From Candidatus Magasanikiibacteriota bacterium (GTDB lineage Bacteria; Patescibacteriota; Patescibacteriia; Magasanikbacterales; UBA922): a stretch of 64,000 nucleotides of DNA. How positions within the stretch are numbered: position 1 is the first letter of the stretch; each line of letters opens with the position of its first letter. The stretch lies in assembly GCA_052034405.1 (NCBI GenBank), contig JBPOIO010000020.1:9699-73698 (forward strand), read 5' to 3'. Of the stretch, positions 46,397 through 56,040 are shown piece by piece. The position numbers were made by a program, and so were the translations under genes. The notes under the pieces were generated by a model. The model searched no databases and was not told where the DNA came from. It worked only from the letters and a program-made list of their open reading frames with translations.

Positions 46397-47269
46397 ATGA
46401 ATAAAATCAGCAAAGATCGAATTCAAGACCTCAAAGAACAATATGACCGTTTACGCATAGGTAAACAGGCTCTTTTGAAGCTTATTGATGAGTCTGAGAT
46501 AGCAGAAAATGTGTACAATTCCAATGCTATTGAAAATTCTACTTTGACACTCAAAGAAACCGAAAAGATTCTTCTTGAAATGGAAGTGTCACGGGATGTA
46601 AGTTTGCGTGAAGTTTTTGAAGCAAAAAATCTTGCTCGCGTTGTTGAATATATACGAGAAAAATCTGCAAATACTGAACTCGACAAAGAAGTGATCATGC
46701 TTTTACACAAAATGCTTATCAGCAATATCGATGACGATATTGCAGGAAGATTTCGCAAAAGCGGAGAGTATGTGCGAGTCGGTACACATATCGCCCCAGC
46801 GCCAGAACAAGTAGAAGGATTTATTGAAAGAGCACTGATTGAATACTCAAAAGATTTGGAAACATTTTTTTCAGACAAAGTAGCTCGTTTTCATTTGCGT
46901 TTCGAACACATACACCCTTTCTGTGATGGAAATGGAAGAATTGGACGAGTGCTTATAAATTATCAACTTCAACGTCTTGGTTTTCCATCTATTATTATTC
47001 GTGATAAAGAAAAACAAGTGTATTATCAAGCATTTCGAGATTTTGACGATAAAAATGTAATGAAAAGCATGGAACGAATTTTGGCTTTGTCTATTATGGA
47101 GTCTTTGCATAAAAGAATTGCGTATCTCAAAGGAGAAACTATTATCACTTTGAGTGAATATGCAAAAAATCAAGAAAAGTCTATTCATACATTGTTGAAT
47201 GCTGCTCGTCGACAAACAATTCCTGCTTTTCGAGAAAAAGGCGTTTGGAAAATTGGGGTTGAAGTATAA
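46397..47269 (+). CDS. Fic-domain protein (class II) with C-terminal HTH-like domain
   Basis: HPFCDGNGRIGR active site, SNAIEN inhibitory helix, C-terminal TLSEYAK...IPAFREKGVWKI. Confidence 0.9.
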   Translation: MNKISKDRIQDLKEQYDRLRIGKQALLKLIDESEIAENVYNSNAIENSTLTLKETEKILLEMEVSRDVSLREVFEAKNLARVVEYIREKSANTELDKEVIMLLHKMLISNIDDDIAGRFRKSGEYVRVGTHIAPAPEQVEGFIERALIEYSKDLETFFSDKVARFHLRFEHIHPFCDGNGRIGRVLINYQLQRLGFPSIIIRDKEKQVYYQAFRDFDDKNVMKSMERILALSIMESLHKRIAYLKGETIITLSEYAKNQEKSIHTLLNAARRQTIPAFREKGVWKIGVEV

Positions 47270-47422
47270 GTGCAGTTCTAACGTCACAGGTTATTCGGCT
47301 CACAAATTAAAACCGCTTATTTCAGCGGTTTTTTTATGCTCAAGTCGCAGTTTTATACTTATTCACAATGTAACTTGTTTATATAATTATAAAATGTAGA
47401 CTATGGAAGTAACTTATATTGT

Positions 47423-47938
47423 ATGAACTTATATAAACAAAGCACATATGAAACTTGTTTGGCTGTAAGTCTTTTACATATATTAGATATTGTTCCAAAT
47501 AGAAAAAAAGAAATTGAGATTTGGCGGAAAGGATGGAATTTTAACTTTTTGGAAGGTCAACTCAATGCGGTGGTTGGTCAATATTCTGTTTCATTAAATG
47601 TTTTTGTGGGTAGTAAAATCTATGGAGAGTATCTTTGTTCCCATGTTTATTCGAATATTCATATTATCCATCAAAAAATTGATAGTAAATTTATTTTTTG
47701 TTTAGTAAAAGAAAAACCTATAATAGTGTATCTTGATAACTATTTTCTTCAAAAAAAACTTCATGCCCCTCATTTTGTTGTAGTTCTTGAAAGCACTCAA
47801 AAATGTTTGAAAATTTTTGATCCATGGGATGGACGAGAAAAACTTATTTCATTGAATACTTTTCAAAAAGGTGTGAAAAGTTTAGAAACCTATCTCAAAT
47901 TTAGTCCAATAGTTATACAAAGGACTGATTTAGGGTAG
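47423..47938 (+). CDS. Peptidase C39-like protein
   Basis: Q....C dyad (KQSTYETC), HFVV, DPWDG. Confidence 0.72.
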   Translation: MNLYKQSTYETCLAVSLLHILDIVPNRKKEIEIWRKGWNFNFLEGQLNAVVGQYSVSLNVFVGSKIYGEYLCSHVYSNIHIIHQKIDSKFIFCLVKEKPIIVYLDNYFLQKKLHAPHFVVVLESTQKCLKIFDPWDGREKLISLNTFQKGVKSLETYLKFSPIVIQRTDLG

Positions 47939-47998
47939 ATAGACAAAATATATTCAATAAGTTACACTTATCTCATAAACTGAAATCTTTCACTATTT

Positions 47999-49060
47999 AT
48001 GAATACCGATGAAGTCGTTATAAAAGAGTCTTTAATTGATGGAAAAGGTATTTTTGCGTCCCGAAACTTTAAACAAGGAGAAGTGATTTTGCATTGGGAT
48101 ACTACTCAAGTTATAGATAAAAGTGAGTTAAAAAAACTTGATGAAGAAGAAAAAAAGTATATAACGCTCGTAAATGGTCAGTATACCAAAATGCAAGAAC
48201 CTGAAAAATTTGTAAATCACTCCTATAATCCCGATACTTACGTAAAAAATTTTTGTGATGTAGCTCTTCGAGATATTTCAGAAGGGGAGGAGATCACAAG
48301 TGACTATACTGATAGCTTACCTCCAAATACGGTGATACCGTGTAATTGTGGAAGTAAGCGTTGTAGAAAAGTTATTACCAATATGAAATTCTTATTACAA
48401 CAAAGTGATTTTGCCGCTATTCCATCACAAACTGAACGATTAGATGAACGGCACCAGACGAGCGAGCCAATGGAGATCGTCTGTTGTGGCCTGCCAATTC
48501 AAGTACTTAGTGGTGTATATAAAACTTCCGCAGATACGGAACTTATGGCAGACACAGTCAAAATTGAGCTTCACCAGACCTTTTTGGAAATAGGTTGTGG
48601 CACGGGTATAGTGTGTATCTCTTTGGCAAAAAAAGCTAAATCAGGAGTTGGAGTAGATATCAATAAACTTGCGGTTGAAAATAGTAAATTAAATTTTGCT
48701 CGACATAGTAGCATAAATAATGTTGAATTTTTGGAATCAAATCTTTTTGAAAATGTACAAGGACAATTTGACGTCATTATATGTAATCCACCATATAACA
48801 ACAATAATGCCAAAGATAATATAGATAAAATGTTTTGGGATGCAAAAGATGACATGAAACAACGTTTTTTCAAAGAAGTAGGGAACTATTTAAAAGAAAA
48901 TGGACGAATATATTTTGGTTGGGCCAACTTTGCAGATTTAGATCTCTATTTGCCATTTCGTTTAGCAGAAGAAAATGGATTTGAAGTGGTAGATGTTCAA
49001 AGTCGTCCTTCGAAGAGTAAAAATTGTTTATTTTATGTTTTTGAGTTTAGAAGAAAGTAA
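47999..49060 (+). CDS. SET-domain plus class I (HemK-like) methyltransferase fusion
   Basis: GKGIFA, VNHSYNP, RDISEGEEITSDY, post-SET CNCGSKRCR; then LEIGCGTG and NPPY. Confidence 0.82.
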   Translation: MNTDEVVIKESLIDGKGIFASRNFKQGEVILHWDTTQVIDKSELKKLDEEEKKYITLVNGQYTKMQEPEKFVNHSYNPDTYVKNFCDVALRDISEGEEITSDYTDSLPPNTVIPCNCGSKRCRKVITNMKFLLQQSDFAAIPSQTERLDERHQTSEPMEIVCCGLPIQVLSGVYKTSADTELMADTVKIELHQTFLEIGCGTGIVCISLAKKAKSGVGVDINKLAVENSKLNFARHSSINNVEFLESNLFENVQGQFDVIICNPPYNNNNAKDNIDKMFWDAKDDMKQRFFKEVGNYLKENGRIYFGWANFADLDLYLPFRLAEENGFEVVDVQSRPSKSKNCLFYVFEFRRK

Positions 49061-49075
49061 TCATAATTTTATTTT

Positions 49076-49663
49076 ATGGACCAGCAAAGACTACAACAAA
49101 TTATAGATTTCATGCGTGTTACGGATCAAATGAAGTTGATTTATCGAACCGTCGAAATATCTACCAATGAGCGTGGAGAAAGCGACGCCGAGCATTCTTG
49201 GCACTTGGCACTTTTGCTTATGTTACTCGAAAAAGATTTGCCACAAAATATTGATAAAATTAAACTCTATAAAATGCTTGTTATGCATGATATAGTAGAG
49301 ATTTATGCGGGAGATACACCACTTTACGACGATGTTGGAAGAATGGATAAAGCCCAGCGAGAGGCCGAGGCTGCTAAAAAATTATTTTGCCAACTTCCGG
49401 GAGATCTCAAAGAAGAGTTTTTTTCTTTATTTAACGAATTTGAAGCACGGGAAACATTGGAAGCAAAAATTGCAAAAGCGTTTGATAAAATTCATCCTCT
49501 TATTCAAAACTTGTGTTCGAACGGGACAGATTACAGAAATTTTCATGCTACTTATGACGATGAAAAACAGAGAATCGAAAAATATGTCGATTTTGATCCT
49601 ATTTTGAAGCAGATTTCGGACTTTCTTCTTGATGATGCAAAAAAATGTGGGTATATACAATAA
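49076..49663 (+). CDS. HD-domain hydrolase (YfbR/HDDC2-like)
   Basis: ESDAEHSW, MHDIVEIYAGD, DK. Confidence 0.88.
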   Translation: MDQQRLQQIIDFMRVTDQMKLIYRTVEISTNERGESDAEHSWHLALLLMLLEKDLPQNIDKIKLYKMLVMHDIVEIYAGDTPLYDDVGRMDKAQREAEAAKKLFCQLPGDLKEEFFSLFNEFEARETLEAKIAKAFDKIHPLIQNLCSNGTDYRNFHATYDDEKQRIEKYVDFDPILKQISDFLLDDAKKCGYIQ

Positions 49664-49670
49664 AAATTTT

Positions 49671-50018
49671 ATGCAACATCAAATGAAACTTTTACCAGGA
49701 CCTTTTGAAAAAATAAAATTTGGATTCAAAATTATTGAAATTCGTCTTTTTGATGAAAAACGACAACAAATTCAGGTGGGTGATACGATTGAATTTTCAT
49801 TGTTACCTGACCTTACTGAAAAGATATTTGTTGAAGTCACTGGCCTTTTACGATATGCTTCTTTTCGTGATCTTATTGTTGGGTGTGGAATGGAGCCTTT
49901 TGGGTATTTAAGGGAATATCCGCAGGAAGATTTTTTACAAAGTATATATACGATTTATTCAAAAGAAGATGAAGAAAAATATGGGGTACTCGGTATTCAA
50001 ATAAAATTGTGTAATTAA
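49671..50018 (+). CDS. ASCH-domain protein
   Basis: GFKIIEIRLFDEKRQQIQVGDTIEF. Confidence 0.85.
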   Translation: MQHQMKLLPGPFEKIKFGFKIIEIRLFDEKRQQIQVGDTIEFSLLPDLTEKIFVEVTGLLRYASFRDLIVGCGMEPFGYLREYPQEDFLQSIYTIYSKEDEEKYGVLGIQIKLCN

Positions 50019-50027
50019 ACCGAATAT

Positions 50028-50441
50028 ATGGAAAACAGACCAAAGGTAGGAGTGGGTGTTGTTATTATGAAAGATGGGAAAGTACTTTTAGGGAAGAGAA
50101 AAAATGCGCATGGGGAAGGTTCGTGGTGTTTTGCAGGAGGGCATTTGGAATATGGAGAATCATGGGAAGAGTGTGCAAGAAGAGAAGCTCTTGAAGAAAC
50201 TGGACTTACCATCAAAAATGTCCGTTTTGGTACTATCACCAATGATATTTTTGAAAAAGAACAAAAGCACTATATCACTCTTTATATGCTCTGTGAGCCA
50301 GATGTCGGTCAGGTGACTGTAATGGAACCAGAAAAATGCGAAGGGTGGGAGTGGTTCGACTGGGACAATTTACCTCGACCTCTTTTTATCCCGATTGAAA
50401 ATCTTTTGTCTATGGGATATAACCCATTTCAGTCAAAGTAA
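50028..50441 (+). CDS. Nudix hydrolase (NUDT15-like)
   Basis: RPKVGVG, GGHLEYGESWEECARREALEETGL, EPEKCEGWEW. Confidence 0.9.
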   Translation: MENRPKVGVGVVIMKDGKVLLGKRKNAHGEGSWCFAGGHLEYGESWEECARREALEETGLTIKNVRFGTITNDIFEKEQKHYITLYMLCEPDVGQVTVMEPEKCEGWEWFDWDNLPRPLFIPIENLLSMGYNPFQSK

Positions 50442-50496
50442 AATATACGTAGTTAAATATGTTAATTATTGTATTTAAAGATATTGTTCAATCACT

Positions 50497-51252
50497 ATGA
50501 AAATAGTTTCTTTAAACACCTGGGGAGGGCGAGCGAGTCTTGAAAATTTGTTACAATTTTTATGTTCTTATAGTGATGTGGATATTTTTTGTTTACAAGA
50601 AGTATGGGGTGGGGGCGAAGATACAGTAAGAAAGCTTTTTTCAGATGAAAATATAAATGAAGTAGAATGGAATCTTTTACAAAAAATAAAAATGGCGTTA
50701 CCAGGTTATAATGCTTATTTTCGTTGTAATTTTTTTGATTTTTTTGGGTTGGCTATATTTGTGAAAAAAGAAATTCATATACTAGAAGAAGGAGATGCCT
50801 TTGTTTATAACGAAAAGGGATATTTTTCAAAAGAAGAATTTGGCGATCATGCTCGCAATATTCAATATATCTGTATTGATACGAATGAAGGTCCTCGGAC
50901 TATTATTAATTTTCATGGTCTTTGGGATGCAATGGGAAAAGGAGATACAAAGAATCGTATATTACAATCTGAAAAAATTTTACAATTTGTAAAAACAATA
51001 CAGAATCCATTTGTTTTATGTGGAGATTTTAACTTGCTTCCAGATACACAGAGTATTCAAATTTTTGAGCAATATGGTCTTAGGAATTTAATTCGAGAGT
51101 ACAAAATAAATTCTACACGAACGAGTTTCTATACCAAGTCAGTGAAATTCGCCGATTATGCCTTTGTGAGTGAAGGTATTCAGGTTGTAAATTTTTTGGT
51201 ACTTCGAGATGAAGTTTCAGATCACTCTCCACTGCTTTTAGAATTTGAGTAA
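50497..51252 (+). CDS. Endonuclease/exonuclease/phosphatase family protein
   Basis: SLN, CLQEV, GDFN, SDHSP. Confidence 0.88.
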   Translation: MKIVSLNTWGGRASLENLLQFLCSYSDVDIFCLQEVWGGGEDTVRKLFSDENINEVEWNLLQKIKMALPGYNAYFRCNFFDFFGLAIFVKKEIHILEEGDAFVYNEKGYFSKEEFGDHARNIQYICIDTNEGPRTIINFHGLWDAMGKGDTKNRILQSEKILQFVKTIQNPFVLCGDFNLLPDTQSIQIFEQYGLRNLIREYKINSTRTSFYTKSVKFADYAFVSEGIQVVNFLVLRDEVSDHSPLLLEFE

Positions 51253-51286
51253 ATATTTTAGAATAGTATATATACAATTTATATTT

Positions 51287-51715
51287 ATGGATAGCAATTA
51301 CAAAAAAGTACATTTTGGTATTTATGGTATCGCCCAAAAAGACGGAAAACTTTTGATGATCAAAAAATCTCGTGGTCCATATATTGGACTTCTCGATCTT
51401 CCAGGTGGAAGAATGGAAGAATGTGAGATGGTAGAAGAAACATTGATTCGTGAGTTGCAAGAAGAGACGTCGGCAACTGTCAAAAGCATGCAATTTTTTG
51501 ACTTTGCAGAATATAGGTGTGTATACGAAGAAAATGGCGAAACAAAATATTTTCACCATATTGGACTTTATTTTTTGCTAGATATTGAGGTTGAAAATTT
51601 GAAAGAAGGGGCTGATGGTCATGATTCAAATGGGGCCGAGTGGATTCCACTTCCACTTCACGAAAATATGATTGCTCCAATTTTGAAAAAACCTTTGAAA
51701 ATGTATTTAAAATAA
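51287..51715 (+). CDS. Nudix hydrolase
   Basis: LPGGRMEECE...RELQEET. Confidence 0.85.
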   Translation: MDSNYKKVHFGIYGIAQKDGKLLMIKKSRGPYIGLLDLPGGRMEECEMVEETLIRELQEETSATVKSMQFFDFAEYRCVYEENGETKYFHHIGLYFLLDIEVENLKEGADGHDSNGAEWIPLPLHENMIAPILKKPLKMYLK

Positions 51716-51724
51716 ATTTTTGTT

Positions 51725-52339
51725 ATGCCAGAACAAGAACAGTTACAAAATCCGGAGATCAAAGAAAAATATAATGGAAGTTATGGTATCGTTATAAAAC
51801 CAGATATCTCTACAGGAGAACAGTCTCTTCGACTCGCTAATGAATTAACTCCAAACGCCGAGTATAAAGTGACGGTTCCGCATCTCACACTGTATCATGG
51901 AAATATTTCTAATCTTCCACTCGACAAAGTTCAAGAAATTCTGAGGTCAACACAAGAAATGCTTCGCGATAACATTCACGATCTTCGAGATATTCAAGTC
52001 TTTGGTGGAAAATTTGTGTTCTGGGATGTTATCAAAAACAAGAGTATGCGGCAGGCACATGATATTGCCCTTGGACTTTCGAAATTTTTAGATAGGGAAA
52101 AACTTGCTCGTGCACTTCAGGAGGGTTTAAATCTTACTGAAGAACAAAGACTCAACATGGAACAATTTGGTCATCCATTGGTAGGTGATTTATATCGTCC
52201 TCATATAACTTTATCCTATGATTCTCAAGGAATAGTTTTGCCTGAAGATGTTCAATCATGTGATTGGCGCATGAATGTAAACAATGTTCATTTTGCTGAA
52301 ATTGGAAAATACGGAAGCGTCGCTAAAATTATTTTATAG
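51725..52339 (+). CDS. 2H phosphoesterase superfamily protein
   Basis: Two HxT motifs: PHLTL and PHITL. Confidence 0.72.
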   Translation: MPEQEQLQNPEIKEKYNGSYGIVIKPDISTGEQSLRLANELTPNAEYKVTVPHLTLYHGNISNLPLDKVQEILRSTQEMLRDNIHDLRDIQVFGGKFVFWDVIKNKSMRQAHDIALGLSKFLDREKLARALQEGLNLTEEQRLNMEQFGHPLVGDLYRPHITLSYDSQGIVLPEDVQSCDWRMNVNNVHFAEIGKYGSVAKIIL

Positions 52340-52365
52340 GAGTGTAAGGAATAGTATAAAGGCCT

Positions 52366-52947
52366 ATGTTGAAATTATTTAAAATTATAAAATATATACT
52401 TTTTACAGGTATTCTTGTTTGTGTTATTACTGCCACAGTGATTATTTGGGATGGGCTTCATGATAATATTCACCAAAATGATGCAATTGTAATATTGGGT
52501 AATAAAGTAGAATTGACAGGTAAACCTTCACCACGATTGTTGAGTCGATTGGAAAAAGGTTTTGAGTTGTATCAAAATAAAACAGCCCCACTCATCATAG
52601 TTACAGGTGGAACTGGGGTGGAAGGATTTGATGAAGCAAAAGTGATGAAACAATATCTTGTTGACAAGGGTGTTCCTGAAGATGTTGTATTTGTAGATTC
52701 TCAAGGAGTCGATACTTTTTCAAGTGCAAAAAATATACAGAAAATTGTGAAAGAGAGAAATATAAAGTCTGTATTGGTAGTAAGTAACTATTATCATATT
52801 TCTCGTACGGTTTTTGCTTTTAAAGAAAATAATATTCTTGAAGTATATTCGGCTCATGCCAATTTTTTTGAATGGAGAGATATGTTTTCAATACCTCGAG
52901 AAGTGCTTGTTTTTTATTTTTATATATGGAAACAAATAAACTCATAA
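52366..52947 (+). CDS. YdcF/DUF218 family protein
   Basis: IVILG, IIVTGG, EA..M, VSNYYHISR, RE. Confidence 0.88.
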   Translation: MLKLFKIIKYILFTGILVCVITATVIIWDGLHDNIHQNDAIVILGNKVELTGKPSPRLLSRLEKGFELYQNKTAPLIIVTGGTGVEGFDEAKVMKQYLVDKGVPEDVVFVDSQGVDTFSSAKNIQKIVKERNIKSVLVVSNYYHISRTVFAFKENNILEVYSAHANFFEWRDMFSIPREVLVFYFYIWKQINS

Positions 52948-53645
52948 ATTTAAAATTTCGAAAATATTCTCTTTTAGAATTTTGGATATATTATGTTCTC
53001 TATACTCCTGCAATTTATGCAGCTGTATTGTTTTTTCTTTTTTTACTTTTGATTCTTGTTGATTTTGTTTTTGATTCTATTTTTAAATTTTCACTTATCC
53101 CATTTTTTGTATCAAAATATGCACAATCGTTGATTCCCAATAATGAATTTATTTTGGTTATATTTGGAGTTTTTCTTCTTTCTATTTTTATTGGACTCTT
53201 TGCAAAATTTTTCAAATCTTATAGAGCCGAGTGTGTGATTGATGAAAGCGCAAAAACTGTTTCTGTTCAGATAGATCAAAAACCATACAGTGATATAAAA
53301 TTTGTAAAAACTTTTTGGTATTTGCCCTTCGTATTATTCCGTACTCTTGGACGTGGTTTACGATTTTCGGTGTATGCTCTGTGGCTTCGCTATGAGACAA
53401 GGCAAGGAGAAAAAGGATATCTTCTTTTAGAAGATGGATCATTTCTTGATATAAAATTAAATTCTCGATATCAAAAAATTGTTGAGATGGAAGATTATGT
53501 GCATGTTATTTCGCTGTTTTTCAATTTGGGTTTTTTGACCGTTCCTCTCCATGCAAAATTTTTGCGTAGAAAAAAGTTTCTTTCTTGGTTTGTTTGGATT
53601 GTGTTGGGTATTTGTTTTGTTGTTTTGATCGTAACGAAGTTTTAG
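52872..53645 (+). CDS. Hypothetical membrane protein (start uncertain)
   Basis: Long ORF with 3-4 hydrophobic segments. Confidence 0.5.
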   Translation: MERYVFNTSRSACFLFLYMETNKLINLKFRKYSLLEFWIYYVLYTPAIYAAVLFFLFLLLILVDFVFDSIFKFSLIPFFVSKYAQSLIPNNEFILVIFGVFLLSIFIGLFAKFFKSYRAECVIDESAKTVSVQIDQKPYSDIKFVKTFWYLPFVLFRTLGRGLRFSVYALWLRYETRQGEKGYLLLEDGSFLDIKLNSRYQKIVEMEDYVHVISLFFNLGFLTVPLHAKFLRRKKFLSWFVWIVLGICFVVLIVTKF

Positions 53646-53679
53646 TTTTTATAGCGTATTCCATCTATTTTTGAAATAT

Positions 53680-54072
53680 ATGAGTGAAAGAAAAATGAGA
53701 GATGCATTTGGTATGGATATATTTTATCGCCCTCTTGAAAGAAATCGTGAGGAAATTATAAGAGCTATTGAAATTGCAAATACATCAGGATTTTCTATTC
53801 AAGTAGATTTTATTCTTTCGCCAGAAGTTCGTCCTGCATTACTCCAGATTTTGGCATATACAAATGAAAGGATTCTTTCTCTGACTCAGGTAGGAAAAAA
53901 TCTTTTAAAAAATATAGAGAATATTTCAGATGGTGATACAATTTCTTTAGAAATTTCCCCAAAGTTTGGTGATAAAAGTTTATTTCCGTATAAAAATAAG
54001 ATAGACTCTCTCGTAAAGATTTTGTTATCGTCAAGTCGATTAGAACTTAAAAAATCAAAACAGTACAAGTGA
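53680..54072 (+). CDS. Hypothetical protein
   Basis: ORF in operon orientation, no recognised motif. Confidence 0.5.
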   Translation: MSERKMRDAFGMDIFYRPLERNREEIIRAIEIANTSGFSIQVDFILSPEVRPALLQILAYTNERILSLTQVGKNLLKNIENISDGDTISLEISPKFGDKSLFPYKNKIDSLVKILLSSSRLELKKSKQYK

Positions 54073-54795
54073 TTTGATTTTTGAAAATTCTCGATGGGGT
54101 TCAAGAACATAAAATACTTTTGTATTCAAAAATGATTCTGAGAAAAATACAGATTTTTGAGGATCATTTGTATTGTCAGAAACTTTGGGAAAAGAGAGAG
54201 CAATTCCTTTTTCATTTTGTGAAAAACAGTAGCTGATACGATCGTTGTTCAAACTTTTTATATCTTGGTTGACAGAGTGTTCGTAGGGCTTTGAAAAATC
54301 AATAACAAGAATTGATTTTTTCCAAAACAAAAGAGTCCGAGTGAGTTCGAGACTTGTTTTGGATATCTGTATTTTGTAGGGAGAAAAATAATCCCAACGA
54401 AAAAAGATAAGAAGAGATTGGCCTATCGCTATAATGAGTACAATGCCCAAATAGGTCCAGAGTATAAAACTGGGTATTTGTGTGGCAAGAAATGTACTGA
54501 TGCTGTTTTCGGGTAAGAAGATTGGTTTTTCCATGAGCCAGTCAAGACAGAGGAGCAAAAATGCTCCACCGGCAAGGATACTGAGGATAAAAGAACTTGC
54601 AAATACAAAAGTAAATATGGATTTGAAAAAGGGAACTCTTAGTGCACGAACATATTTTTGACCATCGACTCCATAGGTAAAAATTGGACCTTGTTTGTTT
54701 TTTTCTCGTGCCTTGAAAATAAAAATATGGAGGTAGAGGACCAATAGAAAGCTGAGTCCCAGCAGACAAAGAAGTATGATTTTTGAAACTGTCAT
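54055..54795 (-). CDS. Hypothetical membrane protein
   Basis: 3 TM segments; adjacent to the VOC gene. Confidence 0.6.
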   Translation of the reverse strand: MTVSKIILLCLLGLSFLLVLYLHIFIFKAREKNKQGPIFTYGVDGQKYVRALRVPFFKSIFTFVFASSFILSILAGGAFLLLCLDWLMEKPIFLPENSISTFLATQIPSFILWTYLGIVLIIAIGQSLLIFFRWDYFSPYKIQISKTSLELTRTLLFWKKSILVIDFSKPYEHSVNQDIKSLNNDRISYCFSQNEKGIALSFPKVSDNTNDPQKSVFFSESFLNTKVFYVLEPHREFSKIKSLVLF

Positions 54796-54800
54796 AAAAA

Positions 54801-55241
54801 TTATTCAAGAAAAAGTCTTTTGGTATCTGCCAAGATGGCCTTTGGGTCTTGTTTCCAGGCGTCGGAAACATCGGCATAGAGTTCAAGCTCATTACCGTCG
54901 GGATCAAGAATATAAATACTGTGAGTCACTCCATGATCAGCTGTTCCAATGATTGTTACATTTTTTTCTTTGAGTTCTTGGTATACTTTTTTGGCGTCTT
55001 CTGCTGAGTCACCAATTTTGAATCCGACATGGTAGAGTCCTGGTTCTGCAGATGCTGGGTGTGTGGGTTTTCCACCAACTTCTATCAAAAGCATTTCGTG
55101 ATGATTGCGTCCTGCCGAAAAAAGAGCGATTCCTTCTTCTCTGTGAATTTCACGAAATCCAAGTATGTCGCGATAAAAGTCGGCTACGAGTGTGAGATGA
55201 GATACATAAAAGACAATATGACCGAGTTCTTGAATTTTCAT
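54801..55241 (-). CDS. VOC/glyoxalase family protein
   Basis: LGHIVF, FYRDILGF, GLYHVGF, DPDGNELELY. Confidence 0.9.
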   Translation of the reverse strand: MKIQELGHIVFYVSHLTLVADFYRDILGFREIHREEGIALFSAGRNHHEMLLIEVGGKPTHPASAEPGLYHVGFKIGDSAEDAKKVYQELKEKNVTIIGTADHGVTHSIYILDPDGNELELYADVSDAWKQDPKAILADTKRLFLE

Positions 55242-55365
55242 AAATATAATGAATATTTTCGTTTGAAACAAAGGTATCTTAGCGGTATATAAAGTGTTTT
55301 GTCAAACAGTGTATTTTTATAAAAAAAAGAGACAGCAATTTTTGCTGTCTCTCTATTTTTATCTT

Positions 55366-56031
55366 TTATATATGTCCACCAAAACATTGAAATTCAAATG
55401 GATGGAGTGCACAGTAATTTTGTACGATTGGAGCTTGAAGTTGAATATTTCTTTCGAGTAGAATTTGGTTTATTTGAAAGTTTCCGTTATTGATTCCGTT
55501 GGTACAATTTGCATTGCAGACCATTTTTATATAATACATATCGTCACCGTGTGCTTGTACATGTGGGCGCATTTTGGCCCAATCAAGAGGAGGGGCAAAA
55601 GTATATCGATAAGAACGGTTTGACTCTGACATACCACCATCAACATCTTTGACTATCAGTGGTCTATAAACAACACTCAGTACGTTGTTTACATTTTGAA
55701 GCGTTCCATAATAAAAATTAAATTTGGCTTTTTGTCCTGCAAGAAGTGGAGAATTTCCAAGAGAGAATGTGATTCCTGAAAATTTTTGGATTCCTCCAAT
55801 ATATACAGAAGAAGGGTTATTTTGTGGAAATCCAGGAATAGGAGCAAACCAATCGACGTCACCAATAAGGTCATTATCTTGTGCATCGAGGGTATCATCA
55901 TTCCAGAAATTTCTGTCATCTGCATATCCATAAGAATCTACAGGGTTTTGTACCAAAAAGGCCTTTGCCTTGAGATTTGGGTAGAGACTGATGATAAATA
56001 TCGCTACAATGAGAAAAAATATTTTTTTCAT
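55366..56031 (-). CDS. Secreted hypothetical protein
   Basis: Signal peptide MKKIFFLIVAIFIISLY...AKA. Confidence 0.65.
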   Translation of the reverse strand: MKKIFFLIVAIFIISLYPNLKAKAFLVQNPVDSYGYADDRNFWNDDTLDAQDNDLIGDVDWFAPIPGFPQNNPSSVYIGGIQKFSGITFSLGNSPLLAGQKAKFNFYYGTLQNVNNVLSVVYRPLIVKDVDGGMSESNRSYRYTFAPPLDWAKMRPHVQAHGDDMYYIKMVCNANCTNGINNGNFQINQILLERNIQLQAPIVQNYCALHPFEFQCFGGHI

Positions 56032-56040
56032 AAAAAATGC

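Noticed and set aside
47400-54072. Integron-like cassette array
   Set aside because: Spacers are short and AT-rich with no recurrent attC-type palindromes, and no integrase is present
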